A DNA stretch of 64,000 nt from Priapulus caudatus (Eukaryota), in assembly GCF_000485595.1 (NCBI RefSeq), contig NW_014577067.1, positions 312,564 to 376,563 on the forward strand, read 5' to 3'. Each line of letters opens with the position of its first letter. The first letter of the stretch is position 1. This document shows positions 12,953 to 25,544 of this stretch, one piece after another. The notes under the pieces were generated by a model. The model was not told where the DNA came from. It searched no databases and worked only from the letters and a program-made list of their open reading frames with translations. The position numbers and the translations under genes are program-made.

Positions 12953-13935
12953 TTAATAATAATAATGCGCAAAATTCTGGATTAAATCCCTATATGTCCC
13001 AGGTTGGGACACGGCTAACCCAGAAGCCACCGGCTAATGCCGTGATCCACTTTGGAAATAATAATAATAAAAAATAAATAAATAAAATAATGATAATTAA
13101 AATAATAATAATAATAATAATAATAATTAAAATAATAATAATTATTATTATATACAGCTCAATGGTCGGCACCGTTTATATCAGGATACATCGAGGCGGG
13201 CATGATGTGTCGGCGGTGGCTGTAGCGTCTATATAGCTCTGAGAAGAATTTTCCGTTTCGAGCTCGCGTCGTTGGTATCAAATGCCGTCTTGCGCTACGC
13301 CCGCATGATAACCCGAAGCGCTGCTCGACGAAAATCGTTTAACATCTTAAGGGGACTTCAGAGGCATCGGTTCCGAACGCCAGTGTCGCATTCCGACAAG
13401 CGCGGATAACGCAATTGTATACATTGTGATGGAAAGTTCCAACGAGGACCTCGGTGGACCGATAGTATTCATGAGGGGCCTTTATTTAGCAGCATTTCCA
13501 TTTAAAATTTATCCGACCAAAGGCTGCACGGCACCAGAGATTCCGCGGGCCAATAGCCGCTATTTCAGCTATGAATTTTTTAAGAGAAATGTGTATTTTC
13601 CTTTTCGTTATATTGCGCGCCGCTGCTTTTGGCAGATGGACATGCATAATTGATTGTGCTTAAATCTTTTGATTCGACTTTCATTGATTTAAGTTTGTAA
13701 GAGAACAGCCACGGAATTACAATGTCTTTAAAGTATGAAATCATCAGACGGGAAGAGAAATTTATAATTAATATAACTTTACATCAATATTTTACGAGCT
13801 ATTTAAGACTTGACTTGACATGGATACTTTATGCTTTTATTTCATATTCTACCGCATTATTGATACTTTAGTTCCAATAACAATACCTTTATTTTTATAC
13901 TTTTATACCAATACTGTTATTTTTACCAAAGCAAA

Positions 13936-13978
<43 letters not shown>

Positions 13979-14774
13979 CCAGCTTTTCTCGCCGACATTA
14001 ATTTAATGTGTAATAGTTGTTTTTATAAAGTAATTGTATAATATGGCGTAAATTGCTTGTTATTACTACCGGAGCAGGAAATGCGCCATTCTGTAAAACA
14101 TAAGCGCGAAATAAAAAACGCCCAGCTAAACATGTTACAAGTACAGAAATGCCCAACTTTTATGTGACTGAAATTTCCTTGCCCTACGGTTGGTTGGTGG
14201 CGCATCGTCGCATGGCAGACAAGTCAGTGGTGATGATGATGCCTATACTCCCGGACTCAGTAATGATTCTCTAGAGATCGGTAAACTCGAAGCGACACTA
14301 TAGAATTCGCATTCACCATGTGTCTACTTAGCGCCGAACGGGAATTGCAAAATAGGCTTATGGTATAACCTAATTAATCAACGCATTCTAGAGCATGTTT
14401 AGCACGCTCACGGGCATACGTACACGCATACACGGCGCGATAGAACACTTACACGCATGTACAACCATGCGCGTGTGCACACGCATACGAACGTACACGT
14501 ACATTCACACAAACAGCACACGCGTATGCGCACGCAATACACGCACTCACAGCCACACAACCAGATTCACGCGCACATTTGCATACATGCATATACTTGA
14601 TTAAGGAGTTGGTTAGTCGCAGATTGAGTGATGGGCAGTGGATGTGGCGGCAATTCCAGTTACAAAACTAAAGACAGTTCTTACAAGTTGCGCGCATCAA
14701 CATGATTAGCTCATTGGCAAGACACAAGGGACCTATGTCATTATGCTCTTGAATATATACCAATAATATACACT

Positions 14775-17700
14775 ACTGGAGTGGATATAATACAATGTCA
14801 GGTAGTCCAGAAAACCGAAATAAGCCATTGTGAGTGCACTCCCCATCATAAATGTCGCCTGCAACATATTACGACACCATCTGGCAGCCATAACGGAGGC
14901 GCTTAAGACCTTCAGTTAGACATCTCGAGGCAAATATACTATTATGCTTGTCGATAAACAACTGTACTGCAAGGCAAAACTTGCTTGACAATGCGGATTC
15001 CAACACGACATCTCTGCTTGAGATTTCACATACAACTCACTTCGCAAACGTCAATTGGTCAACATATGGCTGACTTCGGGCCTGGAAGATATATGATCCG
15101 AGATGGTGTCTTCGGATCCAAACTGCAGCAAATATAATGAAAGGGAAGATGTGGAATCGCAATATTCCGTGCCAGTGGCGTAGACAAAGGTCCAGTTTGT
15201 GGGGGATGATTTTCGCTGTTACTTCCATGACAATTGTATAGGAAGGAGTGCTGCGCAGTAGCGCTACACGCGCGAGGCGCCTTGCGCAAAAGCCCTTAAT
15301 AGGTGGGTCCAGGCCCGCGCCCTAGGCCCCTGTCAGGGGTGCAGGGGCATAGCCCTTGCCCGGTCCAGGGGCGCGAGCCCCGGAAGCTCTTGATTTACAA
15401 TTGTAGAACACTTCAAGATGGCCGTTTTGAGAGAATTGAAAAACAAATTGATATTATAAGTGCAATTGTTGTGAATTCTAGGGTAATATTTTTTCTTTCG
15501 GACCCAGGAGGTTTAATAATACACGCAAACCCCCCCACCCACACACAACAGTGCGGATCGAAGAAACAAAAAATTAATAGAGGTGGCGAATCATGCGAGC
15601 TAAGGCACGAAGCGCCCGGGGGGGAGGGGGGTTGAGGCGGGTTGTCACCCTCCATTGTGTGCGAATTGTTGGAAAGTCTGCAACTAAAGCACTCAATTTT
15701 GGACATCTCTATCATAGAATATCAGGATTTTCCTCTTCAGGGTCAATGTCCCTCTCCTGTTTTAAAGGGGGGGGGGGTCCCGGGATTTTTGTTCTGAAAA
15801 GTAAACACCTCTTCGATGCAATTTCCTGGCAGCTATCGAGGCAAGCACTATTAAACAATCTTTAATTCAACAATAACATCACTGTTGGTTGATTATTTTT
15901 ACCTTTGGGGACACCAACTAAATACTTACCTACCAATATTGCTATGTACATGTCCTCACTGGGGTTACCAGTGCAGACTTACTAGGCTAAAATACCTTCT
16001 GCCCTGCAAATTCAGGGGGGGGGTGGCGAACCCCACGTACTACGACCCCGCTGTTGCAACTACAGCAGCTGGAATCAATCTCTTCATGAAATTTTTGATA
16101 TAAACGTAATATTTTACTGAAACTTAAAACTGCAAAAAAATATGAGAAAACAAACCAGATTTGAACAAAAAGTGCATTTTTTTCACCCCTTAATACAAAA
16201 TCCAGGAATATACCTTCCGGTCGGCTCAGCACCGCCCATCCCCACCCCCCAAAAAGTGAGATAAAATAGAATTTTCCACATTCAATTCGCCCGTGAAGAT
16301 CAACATCCCAACCTCTCAATAGGTCTATTCATAATTTTGAATAAAGCAAGGATTTAACTTTCGTGAGCAGTGATAAGACTTTGGGAATTTTGAAAAAAAA
16401 ATAGTATATGGGGAACCCAAGTCTAAAATTAACCTTCTGAGTTTCAGTAAAAATAATTCATTCTGGAACGAACGTTACATTGCTATTTTACAGTAAATAT
16501 ATGTCACGTTCCATTTCTGTAATAATACATTAGAAGAGTTGAATAGCGATGACGGATTTTGTAGATAAAAATGCGCAAGTTATTTATTGTCTGTAAAATA
16601 TTAAAATTTTCTCTCAGATTCTTCTGAAGTAGGGGGGGGATTGAAAGCCACCCACCTCAAATAAGTGTGGGGGTATATTACGCCCATCCCTGCTATCTAC
16701 GCCCCCCAGCCCCTGTCAGTTAAACTCAAAAATTTGACTTTTGATCATGCATACAATATTCATAATCAATAGAATCTTTGTTAGCAGTACTCTACAGGCG
16801 CCGCAGAACTAATTTTTGAAATTTGGGGTGCAACAATGCTTCGACAGTGGCCAATTGCAGGTTTTCGACGGAAGGGTGGTAAGAAACAGGCGGGGGTATG
16901 CGGGTCCTCCCCAGAAAATATTGGCGAATCCCCACTTTTTCCTCGCTGAAAAGTAGGGGGATGATTGTACACCCCACCACGTCCAATAAGCGGGGGGTGG
17001 AGGATGCATCCCCACCCCATCCCGCTATCTACGCCCTGTTCCGTGACACAAACTGAACACTTCTAAACATTGTGGATTACATTATATCCACAGCTTCTGC
17101 GTGAGGCTGAAGAATCTGAACTCAACATTGAATGTGTGATAACTAATGGCTCTGCTCGTACGTGGTGTCAAAGTGTGAAGAGCTTGCATGCCGTCTCATG
17201 TCAGGAAATTGCGATGAATGCCAGCATCTCCGCATGACCGCGACTTGGTGATGTGGGAGGCAGTATCATGAAATGCTCGTCAGAATCGCATACTTCGTTC
17301 TACACGACACTGAGATGTCGAGCAATTGTCATCTGTAGATCTCTCGTCATTTTGCGGGAAATGCTACCCGTGGTTTCGCGTATTATACCATCATTACTAC
17401 CAAGATGAGGACCGGTGTTTCTGATGACGAAGTAAAACTGCACCAAGAGGTATACAGAGGATTTTTTCAGGGTGATTTGCTGGTTAAAAAAACAAAGCAT
17501 ACATTCAATCAACTTCCCGATGACCAAGGTCTTGAACATCTTTCAACAAACTTGGGAAGTTGGCTGGAGGTCTTATTGCATTACGCAAGATACCTCTGCC
17601 TTACATCGATGGAGTATTACCTTTCAACGAAAGGGCTAGACTAGCAGAGGATACATATTCATTGTTTGGAATACATCAGGAAAACAATGAAAGTGAATAT

Positions 17701-19510
17701 TGTCACAAAGAGTGTGGCCCTTCACGACCAGTACGGATAGTCGCCATGCAATAAAAATAGCTGAACAGTTACAACGCTTTGCTGCATACAGTCCACAGAG
17801 TGAACTCATTCAGACTTGCACGGGAGATGTTGCTACAGATTACATTAAATCAGACATATGTGGTGCCAAGACGAAGGGCTGGAACAACTGAAATCGTTTG
17901 TAGAAACAACTTTCACGATACCATTAGCGAAAACAACAAGTCAAAAACAATGACCTCGATATATAAATCTGAAACACAGAGAAATACACCGAAGGCAAAC
18001 GTGAAATCAAACCGCGAACTTTTTTGTTGTCTGTTAACGACAAAGGAATCTGGACGAGAAGTAGAATAGGAGAAAATGCTTCACCAGGATTTTGTGCAGT
18101 TCCTCTATGACTTTGCACAGTCAGACGGCAAGTTTGCGAAAGCGGACAAATTGCAACTAATGAATATTCTGTCGAAAGATGCATCCAGCCAGATTTGCCT
18201 ATCAGTGACATCGTTTAAAAACTGCATGTACCATTATTGATGGTATGGCAGTGGTACAATCTATTAGAAACCGACAGCCAGCAGTTACGTTTCGTGAATT
18301 AGCAGTGTGTTTGTGAACTGTGTGAAGTCACACGGTAGAAAATTCAGACAGGATAGATATTATATAATATATTTGATCGATACGAGGATAATTGCATATT
18401 AAAGAAGCGTACACGAGAAAGACGACGATCTGGGACAAAACAAATTAGGAGGTTGATTAACAGGTAAAGACACAAAAGCTTCCTCAGAACTGGAAGACAT
18501 TTATCACTCTCGCTGAAAACAAAGCCGATCTTGCTCGTTTCTTGTCAGAGGAATTGATCATCTCTAGTGAACTTGGCGGTAAAGAGATATAATTGTGAGT
18601 GGAGGGTTTACAAAAATAACGAAACCATATGTACCTCAGAACATGATGTGTCAACACTTTCAACAAACCACGAGGAGGCTGACACGCCAAAATTGTTCTT
18701 ATGCGTGCGATGCTGCAGACCACGGATATGAGCGAACGATTGTAGTTTGCAGGGATACCGATGTGTTAGTGATGTTAACAGTAATTTTTGGTAAACGTTG
18801 TCACAGGAGGTTTGGATGAAGGCAAGGAACTTCAAAGAATCTTCTTCGCATGATAAGAGTCCATGACATTGCAATAACAACAACACTCGAAGGGATTGTT
18901 AGCTTTTCACGCGCTAAACGGGAAGTGACACGACGAGTCAGTTTGCAGGAATTTCTAAAAACACTGCATGGAAAATATTCATTGAAGATTCAGAGCGGCA
19001 TTCATGGGTTGGAACAGAATGTACCACTAACATCACATAGATTGCTATCATCAGTGGAAGCATTTATAATGCATGATAGTATCTGTATGACCAACGACAC
19101 AACATCGGTAGTCATACAGGGATTCGCGTTGTCGAAGTTTCTTCCAATGCCAAGACGAATATATTGACTATTTGCCACCAACGAAAGACGCACTGGTACT
19201 ACATTGTCATCGAGCCCACTGTCAGAGCCTCATTTGAACGCAGTGTGTAGATAGTACTCAGAGCATTCCTTCGCAATTTGACTGCGGTTGGTATATGCAG
19301 GATGCATTCTGAAACCACGGCTCATGACACTGAATTCACTTCGTGCCAATACTATGGCAAATAGACATGTGGCTGTAGTAAGGTTCGACGGACCTTGTTG
19401 CCGTACACGTAGCTGTACATGTACCAAAAACAATGTGCTGCACCGGTTGCGTGCAAAATGCAACATGGCCTGTATGAACCGGCATACAACAATGTTCTTG
19501 GGGTGTGACT
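14775..19510 (+). mobile_element. Degenerate 5'-truncated Academ transposase/XPG region (family 2, copy 1)
   Basis: Heavily frameshifted equivalent of 25545-28425 (DTDVLVML, DQGLEH, Cys-rich end); interrupted by the insertion at 15173-17038. Confidence 0.8.
15173..17038. mobile_element. Composite non-autonomous hAT-like element inserted in Academ copy 1
   Basis: Ends CAGTGGCGTAGA ... TCTACGCCCTG; flanks TTCCGTGC (15165-15172) and TTCCGTGA (17039-17046); absent from copy 2; extra terminus-like motifs inside (~16690-16715, ~16796). Confidence 0.85.
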
Positions 19511-19599
19511 GTTTTTAAAACTACAATATTCTGACAACTTCTGGTATGCTTATATATGTTTTTATGTTGCGTTAGACTGTTGAATAGTAATGGAAGTAA

Positions 19600-22500
19600 C
19601 AAGTTCAAGTTCAAGTAAAATTTATTTTCATCGGTATATCATGAACATTGTAAAATAAGCTAAGAGCTTTGCACCGATATCAAACAAGAAGTAAAAGATA
19701 TTGATTAAACATAAATAAAACCTGGCGTAACTGCAGTGTTACTATTCACATAGGCCTAATTGGCCGTATTGGCCTTAAACTAATAACAACAATATTATTC
19801 AATATATCACATGTCAATTAGCGACACATTGAGCATCTTCACCTGTACCCACCCCACGTTTCGAGTAGCCTTCTAAAACACGTTGAAGTTCTCACTCCGA
19901 CGTATACATTTTCGGTAAATCGTTCCATTATCTAGCTCCTTCATACTTTAAGCTTTTCTTACCACAAGTGGCTCTTTCGAAAACGTGGGATGTGTACACG
20001 GTAATTAAAACTATAATCTGGACTCATTCGATCTTTACAACAAGATCGTGGAGGTATACAGGCGCGATCTTTAGTGAAGAATTTTAAAACTTCACATGGT
20101 TATAGCTTTTGTCTTTGTAGTTTGAGACCGACTGATTTGTTTCTTGCTATAGCTGTCCATAGTCACCGCTGAAGTCATTATACACAAGTTTTAATGGCTC
20201 TATAATTGAGCTTTTCTAGCTTTTTTCTCGTTTTTGCTTTATCAACAAAAGTGCCATATAATAGGGCAAAAAGTTAAAATCTGAGCTGAATAAAGACGAA
20301 TATATTATTTTCTTGCAACTAACAGCAGATGCCGTCGATACGTTTTAAGTGCATTTATTTGCCTGGCCACCTTTTGACACACGCTTTGAAAATGTGCCCA
20401 CCAAAGTTGAGTTTAAAATCAATGGTCACACCCAGCAATTTTACTTCATGGGTGCATTAATATCCGTCCCCCCAACAGTGAAGTGGGGGCATCGATCAAT
20501 AGGTTTTCTTCCCAATCGCAATGCCCTGAAACGGCAGGGTTTGCCTGCATTTGATTTTTGAAAACCAGTCGATCAGCACCTCCGCCTCAGCTCTCGAGGG
20601 TATTTTTCATATCTACAGAAGTCTTCACTAGAGTAGGAAATGGTATTGTCAGTCTGCATAGTTAACACAAACTTGCGTCAATTCATAAAAATAGAAATAT
20701 ATCATTTAATAAATATGTTAATATCACTATCAGGTGGACCTAGTATGGATCCCTGCGGTATTCTTTTTGGCAAGGTAATAGAAAGTCCTGCAAGAATTTA
20801 CCCAATGCGTACCACACTGTTTTGCGATCTTGTCAAATAGCTTTGTATAGATTGTACCAGCACTGTTGTTGTCGCACCAATTGTATGCTTTTAGCTCTTC
20901 TCAAAATCATGCGTAGGCAAGCAGTCATAAGCCTCTCGACAATCAAGACAAAAAACAACCATTTAAGAATAGCAGCCAACAAAATGACCCGGTCGAGAGC
21001 CGCATCTCCAACTCCTCTGTCAGCGCTATAGAGCGGATTGGCAGCGTTACCCTTGCGATACGCCGACGAGGTATGGGTGAAAGAGTCCTGAAAGTGGTTA
21101 CCTGAAGTTGGTCCGCGATTGCCCTCTCTCAAAACAGTTTGGAATACTATAAGGTAGTATACTGATTAGTCTGTAGTTATCCTTAATCCAAACTGTATGC
21201 ATCTTTTGTTTAAATTGGTGATAGCGTGCTTTTTTATAGACGCAGCTGGAAGGAGCTGTCTCCCCCTCTTAACATTTCATTATAATAGCAAGTAATAGGT
21301 TCTACAATGGCTGCGTTTTATCCTTGTTTTAGTACCTTACAGAAGCAGGTTTATCGTGCCCTGTTGTGCTTTCTTAGCGCTGTCAATTCTTGACAAGCTA
21401 TTTGATCTACCTGCCAGGAGCTGATGCGGGTTGAAGGTAAGTTTGTGGCCCTGGTTTGCCTTTTCTCGTACCTTCTCATAACACTACGGATGGCTCGTAA
21501 CCTCCTTGTTCTGAACACGGTCTCTTCGATATTATCGCGGCATACACTAACAAAAAATGTAAGTTGAAATATATTTGAATACGGGATGTCTGAAAATCGG
21601 ATACGACAGCATTATCACTCACTCAAAGCGCAAGAGCATCTTCACCAACTTGGAAGCACCTTTACGTCAGAATGGTTTTGATGGTAGGCAGAAATCTGTG
21701 ATTTTGGTCCACTCAAGCACACCTTTTCCATAAGTATGCTGTTGACATCTGATCATATGTTATGTCTCTTCTTAGTTTTTGTAACCTTATTCCTTTCGAA
21801 TTCAGAAATTTTCCCCAGTTCTTTTTTGATTTACATTTTAGGAAATACGCCAAAGTTTTTTCGTTACAGTTCTGATATAGCATTTCCGTTAATTCCCACG
21901 TTCATAAAGGGGGCAGTTTTCCTCCTTGTTTTCTTTACCTTTAATGGGAATGTGCCGGTCGATACTCGCCAACAATCACCCCGAGGCCCAGTAGACATCA
22001 TGCTATGTCATGAAACACATGTGGCCAACATGGAAGTGGTAAGCGCCTCCCACGTTACCCGACCAACTCACTCTTATCAAGGTTTTTTGAAAGCATCTAT
22101 ACGCGGATTTGGGTCTGCGAGTGGGTAATAATTTTACATTTCATACACAAAGCTATAATGTGGTGTACAATGCACTCAGCCAATATCACTATGACATGGA
22201 ATTTTTTGAAGACCTATAACGAAGTTGTCAGTATGATCGTCGACTAGAGACGGATCACAGTTTTTTGTAAAACATGAGGTGTTTTTATCAATTTGCTGAA
22301 GTCGAAAACGTCACAAATGTTCTTCAGTGTCTGCGACTTCTCTGGACGTAGCATGTCAAAGTTCAGGTCGCCCATAAGCAGCAGGTTTTTATGGGTTTGC
22401 ATGCTTTGTCTCTAGGGACGTGATGAATGTTCCTCCGAGAAAGTTCGATTGCGCCATGGTTGGCGTCTTGTAGGCGGCCCATCATCAGCCACTTTTTATT

Positions 22501-23584
22501 GTTGATAACCAGCTCGATGTTCAACGCTTCCACTGTTTTTGTTCTCCGCGCTTAATTCTCGCGTGAATGGATGTCGGCTCCTAACATAGACCATAACACC
22601 ACCTCCGCGTTATCGTTCGGTCTCTTCGGTAGAGAACGATAACCTTCCACTCCAAAATTGCGCGTCAGGGAAAAGATGCGTCGATTTTGCTTTCTCCTAT
22701 CGCTAGAACGTCAACGAGTTTCTGGTATAGAACATCAGTTACCATTGTGTACTTCGTTTTCATTGAGTTGATGTTTAAGTACGCGATTATAAGGTTCGAA
22801 TGATTATTCCTCTGAAGTATTACGAGTTCTTCAAGATAGTTTTCATCACAGTTGTTACTACTGTGACTAACGTTCAGTGAATCGTGTTCAACTGCTGACG
22901 AATCGTCTTCGAGATAGTTACCATCACTGTTGTTACTACTGTGACTGACGTTCGGTGAATCGTGTTCAACTGCCGACGAATCGTTTTCGAGATAGTTATC
23001 CTCACAGTAGGTACTACTGTGACTAACATTCGGTGAAACGTGTTCAACTGCCGGCGAATCGTCTTCGAGATAGTTATCGTTACAGTTGTTTCTACTGTGA
23101 CTAGCGTTCGGTGAATCGTGTTCGGGCTTCGTCATCCGATACCTGCATGCTCACCATCTGTGGCACTGGTGGTGGGGGGGCGACATGCCAAGCATTGGTA
23201 TTCAAGGGATGGCGTTCCCTCTGTGTACTGAGTGAACGTAGGGATGTCCATGTTTATACACTTTCTGTGGAGCCATATGTTTCACAGGAGTCGCATGCTA
23301 TGGCTTGTTGATTAGATCTCACACTTTTCAGGCATGTACGTTCCACAGGGATATTTTATGGGTCCAGGGTTCATTTCTACATCCCCTGACACCAGAAGAG
23401 CTAGCAGATAAAACAGACGTAGATTTCCAGCTGGGCGGCGCCATCTTTGTTCTTTTGTTGAAGTATAGGTATCGTTCACATGTAAGACGTGACGATTAAC
23501 AATGTCAAATTTTACCCATTGGAGCAGTTCTGGGCGGTTGTTCTCCGTGTTGATATTGTAACTGTTGGAGTAAAACACCACCAT
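19600..23584 (-). mobile_element. CR1/L2-group non-LTR retrotransposon (2A-like motif, PHD finger, AP endonuclease, RT), frameshifted
   Basis: GDVEMNPGP; KYPCGT..ACDSCET Cys-rich segment; IAYLNINS, LAIGESKID and LLMGDLNFD endonuclease motifs; RT region matching 29090-30052; 3' end AATAAA followed by (CTTGAA)n on the minus strand. Confidence 0.88.
22828..23125 (-). repeat. 78-bp in-frame tandem repeat, about 3.7 copies, within the LINE ORF
   Basis: 26-aa unit NYLEDDSSAVEHDSPNVSHSSNNCDE repeated with variation in ORF 22665-23135. Confidence 0.9.
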
Positions 23585-24069
23585 ATGTTGAAATAAAAAA
23601 TGGCCGCCATCCTATGCTTTGTTAAGTGTCATAATTCTGTTCTCCACAATAAAAAGTGGGTTTATAGACACCAAAATTATGTCTCTACGACGTCTCGGAG
23701 TCTATAGTTATTCAAAATAAACTAATTTCACTGGCGGCGATCTTGAAATCCAATATGGCCGCCATCCTATGTTTCTCTAAGTGTGATAATTGGGTTCTCC
23801 ACTATCGAAAATGTGGGTATAGCCACATACATTATGTCTCTACGACGTCAAGCTAGCTGGGAGTCCAGATATTTCAGAAAATCCATTTTCGCTGGAGGTC
23901 ATTTTGGATTTCAAGATGGCCGCCACAATACGCAAAAGTCAGCCCGGAAACATACCCAGTGGAACTACCCAAGTATCCTAGAAATGATATTTACCCGTTT
24001 CCAGCCTCTACCCAAAAAGTTTAGGGTCATCCTTATTTTAACTTTTTTTGAAATCTGCCCCCTGACTTA
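23585..24069 (+). mobile_element. Academ family 2 right terminal region
   Basis: Subterminal ATGGCCGCC repeats; ends ATCTGCCCCCTGACTT, compared with CCCCCTGACTA at 31676. Confidence 0.75.
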
Positions 24070-25544
24070 TATATGGATATCAAGATTCAAGATGTCATAT
24101 TATATTCGCCATTTTGGTAATCAGCAGATTTGTTTGCTTGCGCGTCAGCCACCCAGCCTACCAGATGTAGCCCCGCGGTTTGAACCACTGGGCTATATCT
24201 AAGCCCGAGTTACATATATACAGAGACCAGTGGTTTGAACGAGAATTGAGGGTTACTGTGCCGGCTGCTCTATTATTGCTGATGCGAACTGGTAATCTAC
24301 TGGCTGCATGGCTTGCCACTGAGTCTGAGCAACGAGCAATGAGCGTACGTATGTCCGTTACATGGCTGGATAATTGAGCCTCGACGGACCGAGGACTGCA
24401 CTTTACCCAGCGCTGCCCGTATTTCAGATGAAATATACATCGTCACACGTGGACGCGACTCCTTCGTTATCTGCGCCAGTGGGAAGATACAGAAATCTTG
24501 TAACTTAATGTAATACTAATACACAAGTATTGTGCAGAAAAATCGATTATAGTCACGAAATCAAATCGTTACGGAGAATATGAAGAGCGATACAAATTAC
24601 GAGGACCCATCTACTGTGAATGTAAATATCAATTAACCCGTGTTTTGAGTAGACGGCTTTACTAGACAAGCCGGGAATTAATTAGCAACATTACTCGGCT
24701 TATTATACTTACTGGCGATGTATAGATTTAGATTTTAGAGAAATGATTTCATATAGATTTTTAGTATTACATAGCCAACTTTGTTTTAATGTCATTTTAC
24801 CTCATAGTATTTTTATAAAGTAATGTATAATATGGCGTAAATTGCTTGTTATTACTACCGGAGCAGAGGAAATGCGCATTCTGTAAAACATAAGCGCGAA
24901 ATAAAAAACGCCCAGCTAAACATGTTACAAGTACAAAATGCCAACTTTTATGTGACTGAATTTCCTTGCCCTACGGTTGGTTGGTGCATCGTCGCATGGC
25001 AGACAAGTCAGTGGTGATGATGATCCTATACTCCCGGACTCAGTAATGATTCTCTAGAGATCGGGTAAACTCGAAGCGACAACTATAGAATTTCGCATTC
25101 ACCATGTGTCTACTTAGCGCGACGGGAATTGCAAATAGGCTTATGGATAACCTAATTAATCAACGCATTCTAGAGCATGTTTAGCACGCGCACGGGCATA
25201 CGTACACGCATACACGCGCGCATGAACACTTACACGCATGTACAACCATGCGCGTGTGCACACGCATACGAACGTACACGTACATTCACACAAACGCACA
25301 CGCGTATGCGCACGCATACACGCACTCACACGCACACACCAATTACGCGCACATTTGCATACATGCATATACTTATAAGGAGTTGGTTAGTCGCAGATTG
25401 ACGTGATGGGTCAGTGGATGTGGCGGCAATTCAGTTACAAAACTAAAGACAGTTCTTACAAGTTGCGCGCATCCACATGATTAGCTCCTTGGCAGACAGG
25501 GACCTATGTCATTATGCTCTTGAATATATTACCATAATAACACT

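Larger units (their letters stand above)
14021..24808 (+). repeat. Duplicated block, copy 1
   Basis: 14021-~21200 matches 24811-30063, and ~23960-24808 matches ~33182-34011; this copy has many more single-base indels. Confidence 0.9.
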
